Both the position numbers and the translations under genes were made by a program. Below the pieces are notes generated by a model. It was not told where the DNA came from. It ran no database searches and worked only from the letters and a program-made list of their open reading frames with translations. DNA of 64,000 nt from an uncultured Gemmatimonadales bacterium (lineage in GTDB: Bacteria; Gemmatimonadota; Gemmatimonadetes; Longimicrobiales; Gaopeijiaceae): positions 1,408,001-1,472,000 of the forward strand of contig CAWELD010000003.1 of the NCBI GenBank assembly GCA_963809895.1. The letters run 5' to 3'. This document shows, one piece after another, positions 10,042 through 23,130 of this stretch. Position 1 is the first letter of the stretch. The number at the start of each line of letters is the position of its first letter.

Positions 10042-10103
10042 CACCCAGTGCCGAGGGCGGGACTCGAACCCGCAAGGGATAACTCCCGGGCGATTTTGAG
10101 TCG
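10042..10103 (-). repeat. Exact 62-bp direct repeat of the tRNA-Leu 3' part (att site)
   Basis: Identical to 12406-12467 (anticodon arm to 3' end plus 7 nt of flank). Confidence 0.95.
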
Positions 10104-10217
10104 TGTCGCGTGGGGCCGTCATGCCGGTGCTGGTGGGCACGGAATGGCATTGTTGTCCAATGTTCGGCGGACGGCGTCCTCTCCGGCTGTGCCATCCGTA
10201 CCGATCGGTTCCTGCGG

Positions 10218-10230
10218 GTTACGGCACAAT
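10218..10230 (+). repeat. 13-bp direct repeat GTTACGGCACAAT (copy 1), putative integrase arm site
   Basis: Exact copy at 12335-12347; followed by the related TGCGACACAG. Confidence 0.6.
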
Positions 10231-10248
10231 TGCGACACAGCCCGCGTG

Positions 10249-10797
10249 TCACGAACGCAGGGTCCCTGAAGAGGCACGGGCCAATTCTAGCCGCCGCCGC
10301 TCCATGGCGTCGTTCATTAGTTCAAGACCTCCTGATAACGATGCAGCCAACTGAATCTCGGCCCGGATGCAGATGGCCTCGACCCTTGGTCGACAGCCGG
10401 CGGTCCAGACAATCCCCCTCTGCCTGATCCGCGCATGTGCGGTTTCATGGATGATGGTCATCGCAAGCTCGGCCGCTGTTGCCTCCGCCACGTGCAGTGG
10501 GTCAAGGAAGCATGCGTGGAGGCCGTGCCAATACCAGCCCAATGAGCCTCTCGTGGTGGTCACGACGATCCGTTCAAGGTACCGTCCGACACGCCGAAAA
10601 CCCCCCTCATCGTTTTCGCGGATCGTGGTCATAGCCTCCGCCACCCTCCGGAACGTCTCGTCGGTACCTGCCTCGCACGCCTTGAGGACCACGACACTCA
10701 ACCCATCGATCTCGCGACGGGGTGACAGGAGGAACAGGATCTTCAGTCCCGCGCTGCTAATGGCTCCCCGGAATCCACTGTTCGCCACCTCGCTCAC
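10249..10797 (-). CDS. HExxH-motif protein in the immunity-gene position downstream of Rhs-CT
   Basis: GTG start overlaps the Rhs stop (GTGA); IIHETAH motif with downstream Glu residues (VEAICIRAE); visibly lower GC than core genes. Confidence 0.65.
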   Translation of the reverse strand: MSEVANSGFRGAISSAGLKILFLLSPRREIDGLSVVVLKACEAGTDETFRRVAEAMTTIRENDEGGFRRVGRYLERIVVTTTRGSLGWYWHGLHACFLDPLHVAEATAAELAMTIIHETAHARIRQRGIVWTAGCRPRVEAICIRAEIQLAASLSGGLELMNDAMERRRLELARASSGTLRS

Positions 10798-12255
10798 GTT
10801 CCGCCTCCGCGGGTCTCGTCATGCGGCCCATTCTCGGGCTCCTCGGGTCTTGGAAGCTCGACCTTCGGCTTGGCTTGGTCCCGCTCAAGTTCACGATCAC
10901 GCCGGTCTTCGGGCGTCCCTCCCCCAATCCATATCAAGGCTCCTGTCACCCACGATCGGATGCGTGAGCCAATGCTCGCAACCGCGTGCCCGAAGATCTC
11001 ACGCGCGTTGGGGGAGGTAGCGAGCGTTCCCGCAACCAACCCCCCAAGGGCAATACCACCGAGAATCGGATTCACCGCGCCAGCACCCCGGACCACCAAT
11101 CCACAAACAGTGGGATTGGGCAAGCACGGGTTCAGCCCAAACGGGTCCGAGAAGCTGATCGGGTCTCCGTCGGCGTATCCGTACACGTTGAGGCCGCCGG
11201 CGATCCCGATGGGGTCTTCCTGGGTGAACTGCCCCGTCGTCGGGTCGTAGTACCGGTTCCGTCGGTACAGCAGCCCCGCGTTCTCCGCGCTCTCCCGGAC
11301 CAGGCTCCCCCACCACAGCGGCCGCGGCGGCGCCGCGCTCTCCTCCTCCAGGTACACCCGCCTCGTGTCCCCCGCGAACCGCACCCCGCTGCACCAGCCC
11401 CCGGCCGCGTATGCGCACGTCTGCCCGTCCGTCCCCGTCCCCCCCGCGTACACCCCCCGCCAGTTCCGGTACGGGATCAACGTCTCCGTCAGCGCCGTCC
11501 CCTTGATCACGTCCAGCGGCTCGTCCACCGCCCCCGTCTGCGTGTACGCCACACGCCCGTTGTAGCTGTCCCCCGTCGTGTACTGGCTCGTCGTGTTCGA
11601 CGCCCGCAGCTCCATCAGCACCTGATCCCCGTCCCACACCACTCGCTCCACCCCGGGGTCGCAGTACGTCGGCTCGTTGCACAGCCGCGTCGAGTCCGTC
11701 CGCGTCCGCACCAGCACACGCCGCCCCAGCGCGTCGTACCAGTACTCGTCGTACGCGCCTCGCTGCTTCCCGTCCGCCCCCGTGTAGCTGTAGCGCTCCG
11801 ACACCCGCAGCTTGTCGTCCGCTCCGTAGAAGTTCGCCTGCGCCGTCATCAGCTCGTACGACGTGCTCGTGTACCTCCGCTGCCAGTGGTAGCGCGTGTT
11901 CCCCGCCGCGTCGTATTGCACACGCAGCGTGTCCCACACCTGAGGGTACCCCTGGTTCACCGCGTTCGTGTGGTCCAGACGCTCGTACTCCACCGCCCCG
12001 TTCAACAGCCGCGTCACGTCGTACTGCAGGTCCAGGCCCCCCGGATTGTCCGTCCGCTTCCACCGGAACGTGCCCAGCGCGTCCGGCTGCCACTCCTCGA
12101 TCGTCGTCTCCACGCCCTGCACGAGCTTCGCCGCCCACAGCGTGCCCAGCTTCGAGTAGTAGCTGTTCGAGCTCTCGCTCGCCGACCACATCCGCACCAG
12201 CTTGTCCCGCGCGTCGTAGAACAGCGAGTCCTGGATCGGCGTGTTCGTCCGCGTT
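10794..12255 (-). pseudogene. 5'-truncated (orphan) Rhs/YD-repeat protein: core C-terminus plus 112-aa C-terminal tip
   Basis: YD repeats (YDAAGN, YDALGRRV), core RNRYYDPTTGQFTQEDPIG..NVYGY..DPISFSDPFGL. The frame continues above GTG 12197 (..QDSLFYDARDKL) to a stop near 12273, with no true start. Confidence 0.85.
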
Positions 12256-12334
12256 CGACCCCGGCCAGCTCGTCAGGAACGTCACCGACTCCGGATCGGG
12301 CGCTGTGCCTCGGGGCGGTGCCAGGCGTCGTACT

Positions 12335-12347
12335 GTTACGGCACAAT
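12335..12347 (+). repeat. 13-bp direct repeat GTTACGGCACAAT (copy 2)
   Basis: Exact copy at 10218-10230. Confidence 0.6.
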
Positions 12348-12350
12348 CAG

Positions 12351-12384
12351 AGCGGCGGGCGCCCCTAGGAAGGCCCCCGCCGCT
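12351..12384 (-). terminator. Hairpin downstream of tRNA-Leu
   Basis: AGCGGCGGG...CCCGCCGCT inverted repeat; no clear U tract. Confidence 0.4.
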
Positions 12385-12412
12385 TGCTCGTAACCGCTTG
12401 TGCCCCACCCAG

Positions 12413-12496
12413 TGCCGAGGGCGGGACTCGAACCCGCAAGGGATAACTCCCGGGCGATTTTGAGTCGCCTGCGTCTGCCAATTCCGCCACCCCGGC
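12413..12496 (-). tRNA. tRNA-Leu (CAA)
   Basis: GCCGGGG/CCTCGGC acceptor stem, TGGCGGAATTGGCAGACGC D-arm, GGCGA-CTCAAAA-TCGCC anticodon arm, long variable arm, GGTTCGAGTCCC T-arm, discriminator A; CCA not encoded. Confidence 0.97.
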
Positions 12497-12623
12497 TCGG
12501 CGCCAAAGATGGGCACGGCGCGGGCGTGAGGGAAGGCTGCGCCGGCAAGAAGCTGCCCTTCGAAACGTCCCTCCGGTAGAATGTGACTCGGCCCACAGCG
12601 TCCAGATCGTCCCACGCAGCTCC

Positions 12624-13040
12624 GTGACACACCACGCCCACCGTCCTGCGATCCCCCTCGCGAGAGCGGTTCCGTGTCTCCTCCTCACCACCGCGGGCCT
12701 CCTGCTCACGGCTTGCGACAACCCCATGTCGTTGGAGGAGATGCGCACGGAGATCGAGGCCAAGAGCATCTACCGGGTCCAGTGGGACGTGGTCGAGGCG
12801 TGCGCTCAGCTCTACGGTGACTTCGACCGCCTCCGCTGGTTCACCACGCCCCACTTCCCCGAGGGCAACGGGATCCTCGGCCAATGGAACGGTCGACATG
12901 AGATCACCTTCCTCGAAGGTGCCGAGTTCAACGTGCAGGTCATCCGACACGAGATCCTGCACGAGCTGCTCGATGGTGACGGCGAGCACCTGAATCCCCG
13001 GTGGGAGTGGTGCGAGATCCCGACGGGCGTGGACGGCTAG
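12624..13040 (+). CDS. Small lipoprotein with HExxH (zincin-like) motif
   Basis: Lipobox LLLTAC; IRHEILHELL followed by GDGEH. Confidence 0.65.
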   Translation: MTHHAHRPAIPLARAVPCLLLTTAGLLLTACDNPMSLEEMRTEIEAKSIYRVQWDVVEACAQLYGDFDRLRWFTTPHFPEGNGILGQWNGRHEITFLEGAEFNVQVIRHEILHELLDGDGEHLNPRWEWCEIPTGVDG

Positions 13041-13181
13041 CCGAGCCCGACGAAACGACTGGGGCCCGCCGGGGTTCCCTACTCGTAGGCCGACGCCCTC
13101 GCTACCATAAGGGGCTGGCCCATCGAGCGACGTACGAACCCGGCGGTCCCCGGGCCGCCGTCACCGGAAGGCGAGGCACCC

Positions 13182-16055
<2,874 letters not shown>

Positions 16056-16085
16056 GATCCGCGACGCCACGCTCCGGGAGGGCAT

Positions 16086-16125
16086 CGGGCCCGGCTTCGG
16101 CGACTCAGCGCCGGGGTCGGGCCCG
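16086..16125. terminator. GC-rich hairpin between convergent genes
   Basis: CGGGCCCGGCTTCGGCG...CGCCGGGGTCGGGCCCG inverted repeat (with G-U pairs). Confidence 0.45.
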
Positions 16126-16127
16126 CT

Positions 16128-16883
16128 TCAGCCGCCCTCTGCGGCGCTCAGGAGCTGACACGCGTAGAACGCCCGCTCCACGGCCCGCGGAAAGTCACCC
16201 TGGTCCAGAGCCTGGCGAGCGCCCTCGAGGAGCCGGCGGCCCCGTGACCACTCGACGGTGGGCTCGGCGCTGCTGTCCGTGACGGCCAACGCCGCTTCGC
16301 CCCGGGTCACCAACGCGCGCGCCACGGCTTCCGGGGCCACGGCGCGCAGCTGATCCGATGCCAGGAGGGCCTGCTCCAGGGCCCATGCGTTGCGCCCGGC
16401 GCGCAGCGCTTCACGAGCCTGTCTCGACTCTTCGCGCACCTCCGCCACCACCGGCTCGAGCACGGCCGGAAGCTCGGTGAGGCCGTCCAGCGCCATGACC
16501 GCCTGATCCACGGACATGACCGCGTCGCCCACACCCGACGAACCGAGCGCGTCGGCCAGGACTGGAGCGGCCTCATGGACCGCCACGCGACGAGCCGCTT
16601 TCTGGCCGTCCCGCTGGCCGTCGGCGCTCCAGCTGTCGCTCCAGCGAACCACTGGGACCGCCAGGGCTGCCTCGGTGCGCGTGCGCGCGGCCAGGTCCGG
16701 AAGCGACGGCAGCGCGATGTCGATGTCCAGCGCCGGCGCGGTCTCAGCCGTGACCAGCGAGGCCAGGGGATCGGTGGGAGAGTCGTGACACCCGCTGAGC
16801 GCGAACATCGCGCACAAGCACGCACCGCCGGCCAGGACGGTCCGGCGGTGCGTCGCTGTCGGGTTCACGCGGGGTGCGGGCAT
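16128..16883 (-). CDS. Hypothetical all-helical lipoprotein
   Basis: RR-containing N-terminus and lipobox ALSGC; Ala-rich helices. Confidence 0.6.
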   Translation of the reverse strand: MPAPRVNPTATHRRTVLAGGACLCAMFALSGCHDSPTDPLASLVTAETAPALDIDIALPSLPDLAARTRTEAALAVPVVRWSDSWSADGQRDGQKAARRVAVHEAAPVLADALGSSGVGDAVMSVDQAVMALDGLTELPAVLEPVVAEVREESRQAREALRAGRNAWALEQALLASDQLRAVAPEAVARALVTRGEAALAVTDSSAEPTVEWSRGRRLLEGARQALDQGDFPRAVERAFYACQLLSAAEGG

Positions 16884-16931
16884 GGAGGAAGAGTAATCAT
16901 GTGCCCCACCGCCGAGCAAACCCCGTGCCGC

Positions 16932-18278
16932 TCAGGTCCCGTGACCCACGAGGGATCCCAGGACCGGCGCCAGCACCTCGCGTAGGCCGGGCTCTCCCCG
17001 CACGTCCAACTCGTACCGCACCCGGGTGGCGGGCACCGGCATCTCCACCAGGCGGGCCAGATCGATGGGGGTCCCCACGGCGATGGCTTCGACCCCGCCC
17101 TCGGCGGCCGCGACCAGCGTCGCCTCCAGGTCCCGGACCTGCGCATCGCCGTAACCCATGGCCGGCAGGAGTGGGCCCAGATCCGGGTAGCGGGCGAAAG
17201 TGTCCTTCAGCTCTCCCACGAGGAAGGGCCGCGGATCCACGATCTCGGCCGCACCGGCCGCGCGGGCACCGAGAATGCCGGCCCCGTAGCGCATGCCACC
17301 GTGGGTCAGGGTGGGCCCGTCTTCGATGGCCAGCACGCGGCGGCCCCGGAGCACCTCCGGGTCGTCCACGGTGATGGGTGAGGCCGCCCGGATCACCGTC
17401 GCCCCCGGGTTCACCCGGCGTGCGTTCTCCACCACCCGCTCCACATCGGCGGGCTCGGCGGTGTCGATCTTGTTCACCAACACCACGTCGGCCAGCCGCA
17501 GGTTCGTCTCGCCGGGATAGTAGCCCAGCTCGTGACCCGGCCGGTGCGGATCCACCAGGGTGATGTAGACGTCGGCCTTGAAGAAGGAGACGTCGTTGTT
17601 GCCCCCGTCCCAGAGCACCACGTCGGCCTCGGCCTCGGCGGCCCGCAGGATCGCCTCGTAGTCCACCCCGGCGAACACCACCGAGCCGTTGGCGATGTGG
17701 GGCTCGTACTCCTCGCGCTCCTCGATGGTGACGTGATGCCGGACCAGGTCCTCCTCCGACGCGAAGCGCTGCACGCGCTGCGCCGCCAGGTCACCGTACG
17801 GCATGGGATGGCGCACCACCGCGACCTTGAGGCCCGCATCGCGGAGGACGCGCGCCACGGCGCGGCTCGTCTGGCTCTTGCCGACGCCCGTGCGGGACGC
17901 GCACACGGCCACCACCGGGCGATCGGATGTCAGCATGGTGCGCCGGGCGCCGCCCAGCTCGAAGTCCGGTCCCAGGGCGTTCACCCGGCTCGCCAGGTGC
18001 ATGACGTACTCGTGGGACACGTCGGAATACGCCATCACGCACCGGGTGACCCCGAGCTCACGGACCAGGTCGTCGAGCTCCTCTTCGGGGTGAATGGGGA
18101 TTCCCGACGGATACAGCGGCCCCGCCAGCTCCGGCGGGTAGCGCCGATCGTCGATGTGGGGGATCTGCTGGGCGGTGAACGCCACGACCTCGACGTCGGA
18201 GTCCCCGCGGTAGACGGTGTTGAAGACGTGGAAGTCGCGGCCTGCGGCTCCCAGGATAAGAACGCGGTCTCTGGACAT
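16932..18278 (-). CDS. Cyclic 2,3-diphosphoglycerate synthetase-like P-loop protein (COG2403)
   Basis: GAAGRDFH, RTGVGKS P-loop, RHPMPYG, EEREEYEPH, WDGGNND, EDGPTLTHGGM. Confidence 0.85.
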   Translation of the reverse strand: MSRDRVLILGAAGRDFHVFNTVYRGDSDVEVVAFTAQQIPHIDDRRYPPELAGPLYPSGIPIHPEEELDDLVRELGVTRCVMAYSDVSHEYVMHLASRVNALGPDFELGGARRTMLTSDRPVVAVCASRTGVGKSQTSRAVARVLRDAGLKVAVVRHPMPYGDLAAQRVQRFASEEDLVRHHVTIEEREEYEPHIANGSVVFAGVDYEAILRAAEAEADVVLWDGGNNDVSFFKADVYITLVDPHRPGHELGYYPGETNLRLADVVLVNKIDTAEPADVERVVENARRVNPGATVIRAASPITVDDPEVLRGRRVLAIEDGPTLTHGGMRYGAGILGARAAGAAEIVDPRPFLVGELKDTFARYPDLGPLLPAMGYGDAQVRDLEATLVAAAEGGVEAIAVGTPIDLARLVEMPVPATRVRYELDVRGEPGLREVLAPVLGSLVGHGT

Positions 18279-18376
18279 GGGATGGCCCTCGGATGGGACG
18301 GGAGGGTCCCTGCTGCAAGATAATGCGGGAGGCGCGGCCCGGCGATGGTGGGCTCGGCGCAGGCGGCCGGATCGCC

Positions 18377-18406
18377 TTGACCCGCACCGTCGCGGACCGG
18401 TACGTT
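18377..18406 (+). promoter_or_regulatory. Putative sigma70 promoter of the acyl-CoA operon
   Basis: TTGACC-N18-TACGTT. Confidence 0.45.
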
Positions 18407-18412
18407 CGCGCT

Positions 18413-18517
18413 CCTCGTCGGCGCTCTTGCGGGGATGTGCGCGAGGCCCGCGGATCCGCGGGTCGCACGCCCGAGGGAACGCCCGGGGCCCCGGGCCGTA
18501 TCATCCCGCCGACGAGG
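18413..18517 (+). ncRNA. Candidate structured 5' leader RNA
   Basis: 11-bp closing stem CCTCGTCGGCG/CGCCGACGAGG with nested helices, starting at the predicted TSS. Confidence 0.35.
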
Positions 18518-18552
18518 CCCCAATCCACCGACGGAACGAGAGAAGGAACACT

Positions 18553-19353
18553 ATGGCCGAGAAGGCACTGGTCCAATACGAGGTGAAGGACAAGGTCGGG
18601 GTCATCACCCTCGACGATCCCCCGGCGAACACGTACACCTACGAGATGATGCGCCAGTTGGACGAGGCGATCCTCACGGCGCGCATGGACAACGACGTCG
18701 AGGTGATCGTCCTCACCGGCGCGGGCGAGAAGTTCTTCTCGGCCGGTGCCAACATCAACATGCTCAACGAGGCAGAGCCGACCTTCAAGTACTACTTCTG
18801 CCTGCACGCCAACGAGACCCTCAACCGGCTCGAGCACACCCCGAAGCTCACCATCGCCGCGCTCAACGGGCATACGGTGGGCGGCGGGCTCGAGATCGCC
18901 ATGGCCGCGGATCTGCGCGTGGCCCGGCGGGGCGCGGGCAAGATCGGGCTTCCCGAGGTCACGCTGGGCGTGCTGCCGGGCACGGGCGGCACGCAGCGGC
19001 TCTGCCGCCTGGTGGGTAAGTCCCACGCCATCGAGATCATGGCCGACGGGGTGGTCTTCGACCTCGAGGAAGGCCTGGACAAGAACCTGGTGAACCAGGT
19101 CATCGACGCCGACTCCCACGAGGAGTTCATGACCAAGGCCCTGGACTACGCCAAGCAGTACACGACACCCAACAAGGCCTCCAAGGCCGTGGGCAACATC
19201 AAGCGGGCGGTGCAGACCGGCATCGGCCTCCCCTTCGAACAGGCGCTCACGCTGGAGCGCGAGCTGCAGCAGCAGCTCTTCCAGAGCAAGGACGCCAAGG
19301 AGGGCATCTCCGCCTACGTGGAGAAGCGCAAGCCCGAGTTCACCGGGAAGTGA
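18553..19353 (+). CDS. Enoyl-CoA hydratase/isomerase
   Basis: FFSAGANI, NGHTVGGGLEIA, GLPEVTLGVLPGTGGTQRL; AGAAGGA RBS. Confidence 0.92.
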   Translation: MAEKALVQYEVKDKVGVITLDDPPANTYTYEMMRQLDEAILTARMDNDVEVIVLTGAGEKFFSAGANINMLNEAEPTFKYYFCLHANETLNRLEHTPKLTIAALNGHTVGGGLEIAMAADLRVARRGAGKIGLPEVTLGVLPGTGGTQRLCRLVGKSHAIEIMADGVVFDLEEGLDKNLVNQVIDADSHEEFMTKALDYAKQYTTPNKASKAVGNIKRAVQTGIGLPFEQALTLERELQQQLFQSKDAKEGISAYVEKRKPEFTGK

Positions 19354-19368
19354 GTCCCGGCTGCGCCG

Positions 19369-19400
19369 AGCGGGGTCCGGGACGTCCCGGGCCCCGCTTT
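19369..19400 (+). terminator. Hairpin after enoyl-CoA hydratase gene
   Basis: AGCGGGGTCCGGGAC/GTCCCGGGCCCCGCT followed by TT. Confidence 0.45.
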
Positions 19401-19475
19401 CGCATGTGTCCCGGGCTCCACCGTCGCGTGTGCCCAGCGCCGTCGACCCCGTCTCCCCCGCCCCACCAGGCAACC

Positions 19476-20933
19476 ATGACCGAGATCCGGTACCCCGACC
19501 AGCTCTGGATCGCCAACGAGGCCCAGGACGCCGCCAGCGGTGACACCTTCGCCACCCGCAATCCCGCCACCGGCGAGGTCCTGACCGAGGTGGCCCGCGG
19601 CAACGCCGCCGACATCGACCGGGCCGTGGACGCGGCCCGGGCCGCCATGGCATCGGCCGGCTGGGCGCGCATGAATCCCCACAAACGCGCCGAGCTGATG
19701 TGGCGGCTGGCCGACCTGATCGAGGCCAACGCCGACGAGCTGGGCACGCTGGAGACCCACGACAACGGCAAGCCGTTCTTCGAGTCGCGCAAGGTGGACC
19801 TGCCCAGCGTGGTGGAGAACTTCCGCTACTTCGCGGGGCTGGCGGACAAGATCCAGGGAGCCACGGTGCCGGTGGCGGGCCCCTTCCTGAACTACACGCT
19901 GCGCGAACCCGTGGGTGTGGTGGGCTGCATCGTGCCCTGGAACTTCCCGCTCTCGCTGGCCGCGTGGAAGGTGGCGCCGGCCCTGGCGTGTGGGAACGCG
20001 GTCATCCTGAAGCCCGCCGAGGAGACCCCGCTCACGGCCATCCGCCTGGGCGAGCTGGCCGCCGAGGCCGGCTTCCCGCCAGGTGTGCTCAACGTGGTGC
20101 CGGGCTTCGGCGAGGAGGCCGGCGCGGCGCTGGTGGCGCACCCGGGCGTGGACGCCATCGCCTTCACGGGCTCCACCGAGGTGGGCAAGATCGTTGCGCG
20201 CACCGCCGCCGACACGGTGAAGAAGGTCTCATTGGAGCTGGGCGGAAAGTCGCCCAACCTGGTGTTCGCCGACGCCGACCTGGCGGCGGCCGTGCGGGGC
20301 GCGTCGACGGGCATCTTCTACGGCAAGGGCGAGGTGTGCGCCGCCGGCTCCCGGGTCCTGGTGGAGCGCGCGGTCTACGACGACTTCGTGGAGGCCTTCC
20401 GCCAGCGCGCCGACAAGATGACCGTGGGCGATCCCATGGATTCCGGGACCCGCCTCGGCGCCATCGTCAGCGAGCGGCAGCTCGAGCGCGTGCTCGGATA
20501 CGTGCGCGCGGGCAAGGACGAGGGCGCGCGCCTGGTCACGGGCGGCGAGCAGGCCTGGCTGGAGGGCAAGGGCAACTTCGTCACGGCCACGGTCTTCGCC
20601 GACGTGGAGCCCGACATGACCATCGCCCAGGAAGAGATCTTCGGGCCGGTGGCGGCCGTGATCCCCTTCGACGACGTGGACGACGCACTGGCCAAAGCCA
20701 ACCGGACCATCTACGGTCTGGCGGCGGGAATCTGGACCCGCGACGTGGGCAAGGCCCACCGTGTGGCCCGGGAGATCCAGGCCGGCACGGTCTGGATCAA
20801 CACCTACAACCAGTACGACTCGGCGTCGGCCTTCGGCGGCTACAAGCAGAGCGGCTACGGGCGCGACCTGGGCTACGAGGCCGCGCTGGAGAAGTACACG
20901 CAGGTGAAGAGCGTCTGGGTGGCCATGGACTGA
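19476..20933 (+). CDS. NAD(P)-dependent aldehyde dehydrogenase
   Basis: [21 protein letters not shown], catalytic Cys (GEVC), EEIFGPV. Confidence 0.95.
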   Translation: MTEIRYPDQLWIANEAQDAASGDTFATRNPATGEVLTEVARGNAADIDRAVDAARAAMASAGWARMNPHKRAELMWRLADLIEANADELGTLETHDNGKPFFESRKVDLPSVVENFRYFAGLADKIQGATVPVAGPFLNYTLREPVGVVGCIVPWNFPLSLAAWKVAPALACGNAVILKPAEETPLTAIRLGELAAEAGFPPGVLNVVPGFGEEAGAALVAHPGVDAIAFTGSTEVGKIVARTAADTVKKVSLELGGKSPNLVFADADLAAAVRGASTGIFYGKGEVCAAGSRVLVERAVYDDFVEAFRQRADKMTVGDPMDSGTRLGAIVSERQLERVLGYVRAGKDEGARLVTGGEQAWLEGKGNFVTATVFADVEPDMTIAQEEIFGPVAAVIPFDDVDDALAKANRTIYGLAAGIWTRDVGKAHRVAREIQAGTVWINTYNQYDSASAFGGYKQSGYGRDLGYEAALEKYTQVKSVWVAMD

Positions 20934-21033
20934 CGCGCCCGAGCACCGCGTGCCCGACGGCGATCCCCGCAGCCGCCGCGGCAGTCGCTGCCCGACGCCA
21001 CCGACCCGACCACAACCGAGCGAAGTGAACGAC

Positions 21034-22230
<1,197 letters not shown>

Positions 22231-22263
22231 GCGCCCTTCCCCCTCCTCCGCACCCCGATTCTC

Positions 22264-23130
22264 ATGCGTGACATCCAGCGCGTGGCCGTCATCGGCGCCG
22301 GCACCATGGGCCATGGCATTGCCCAGGTCGCGGCCCAGGCCGGCTGCCAGGTCCTTCTCCACGACGTCTCCGGCGACGCCATCCATGCCGGTCTGGAGCG
22401 CATCGCCGCCAACCTGGACAAGGGCGTGCGCCTGGGAAAGGTGGACGCGGCCCTCCGCGACGAGACGCTCGCTCGCCTCTGGCCCGCGCCCGATCTCGCC
22501 GACGCCGTGGCCGAGGCCGATCTGGTCGTGGAAGCGGCCCCGGAATCCATGGACATGAAGCGCCGCATCTTCGGCGCCGTGGAGCCCGCCGCCCCCGACG
22601 ACTGCCTCCTGGCCACCAACACGTCGTCCCTTTCCATCGCCGACATCGCCGACATCCTGGACCGGCCCGAGCGCTTCCTGGGGCTGCATTTCTTCAACCC
22701 GGTCCACATCATGGCGCTGGTGGAGGTGGTCTGGGGCCCGGCGACCTCCGACGAGACGCTGGACGACGCCGTGGACTTCGTCCGTCGCATGGGCAAGGAG
22801 CCGGTAGTGGTGAAGGACTCGCCGGGCTTCGCGTCGTCCAGGCTCGGCGTGGTCCTGGGCCTCGAAGCCATGCGCATGGTCGAGGAGGGCGTGGCCACGC
22901 CCCAGGATATCGACAAGGCCATGGAGCTCGGCTACCGGCATCCCATGGGCCCGCTGAGGCTCACCGACCTGGTGGGCCTGGACGTGCGCCTGGGCATCGC
23001 CGAGTACCTCCACGAAGCGCTGGGCTCGGAGGCGTTCCGGCCACCGGACATCCTCCGGCGCATGGTGGCGGAGGGACGCACGGGCAAGAAGGCGGGCCAC
23101 GGATTCTACGACTGGACGGAGGACCGATGA
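22264..23130 (+). CDS. 3-hydroxyacyl-CoA dehydrogenase
   Basis: [34 protein letters not shown]. Confidence 0.93.
   Translation: MRDIQRVAVIGAGTMGHGIAQVAAQAGCQVLLHDVSGDAIHAGLERIAANLDKGVRLGKVDAALRDETLARLWPAPDLADAVAEADLVVEAAPESMDMKRRIFGAVEPAAPDDCLLATNTSSLSIADIADILDRPERFLGLHFFNPVHIMALVEVVWGPATSDETLDDAVDFVRRMGKEPVVVKDSPGFASSRLGVVLGLEAMRMVEEGVATPQDIDKAMELGYRHPMGPLRLTDLVGLDVRLGIAEYLHEALGSEAFRPPDILRRMVAEGRTGKKAGHGFYDWTEDR

Larger units (their letters stand above)
10042..12467. mobile_element. ~2.4-kb tRNA-Leu-integrated mini-island without integrase (orphan Rhs module)
   Basis: Bounded by 62-bp direct repeats; internal 13-bp repeats near both ends; cargo is a truncated Rhs gene plus partner gene. 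Confidence 0.8.

Noticed and set aside
10042..10103. Second functional tRNA-Leu
   Set aside because: Lacks the 5' acceptor strand and D-arm; it is an att copy.
18413..18517. Glycine or SAM-I riboswitch, or SRP RNA
   Set aside because: Only fragmentary similarity; diagnostic CTCAGG, TTATC or GGAA-loop motifs absent.
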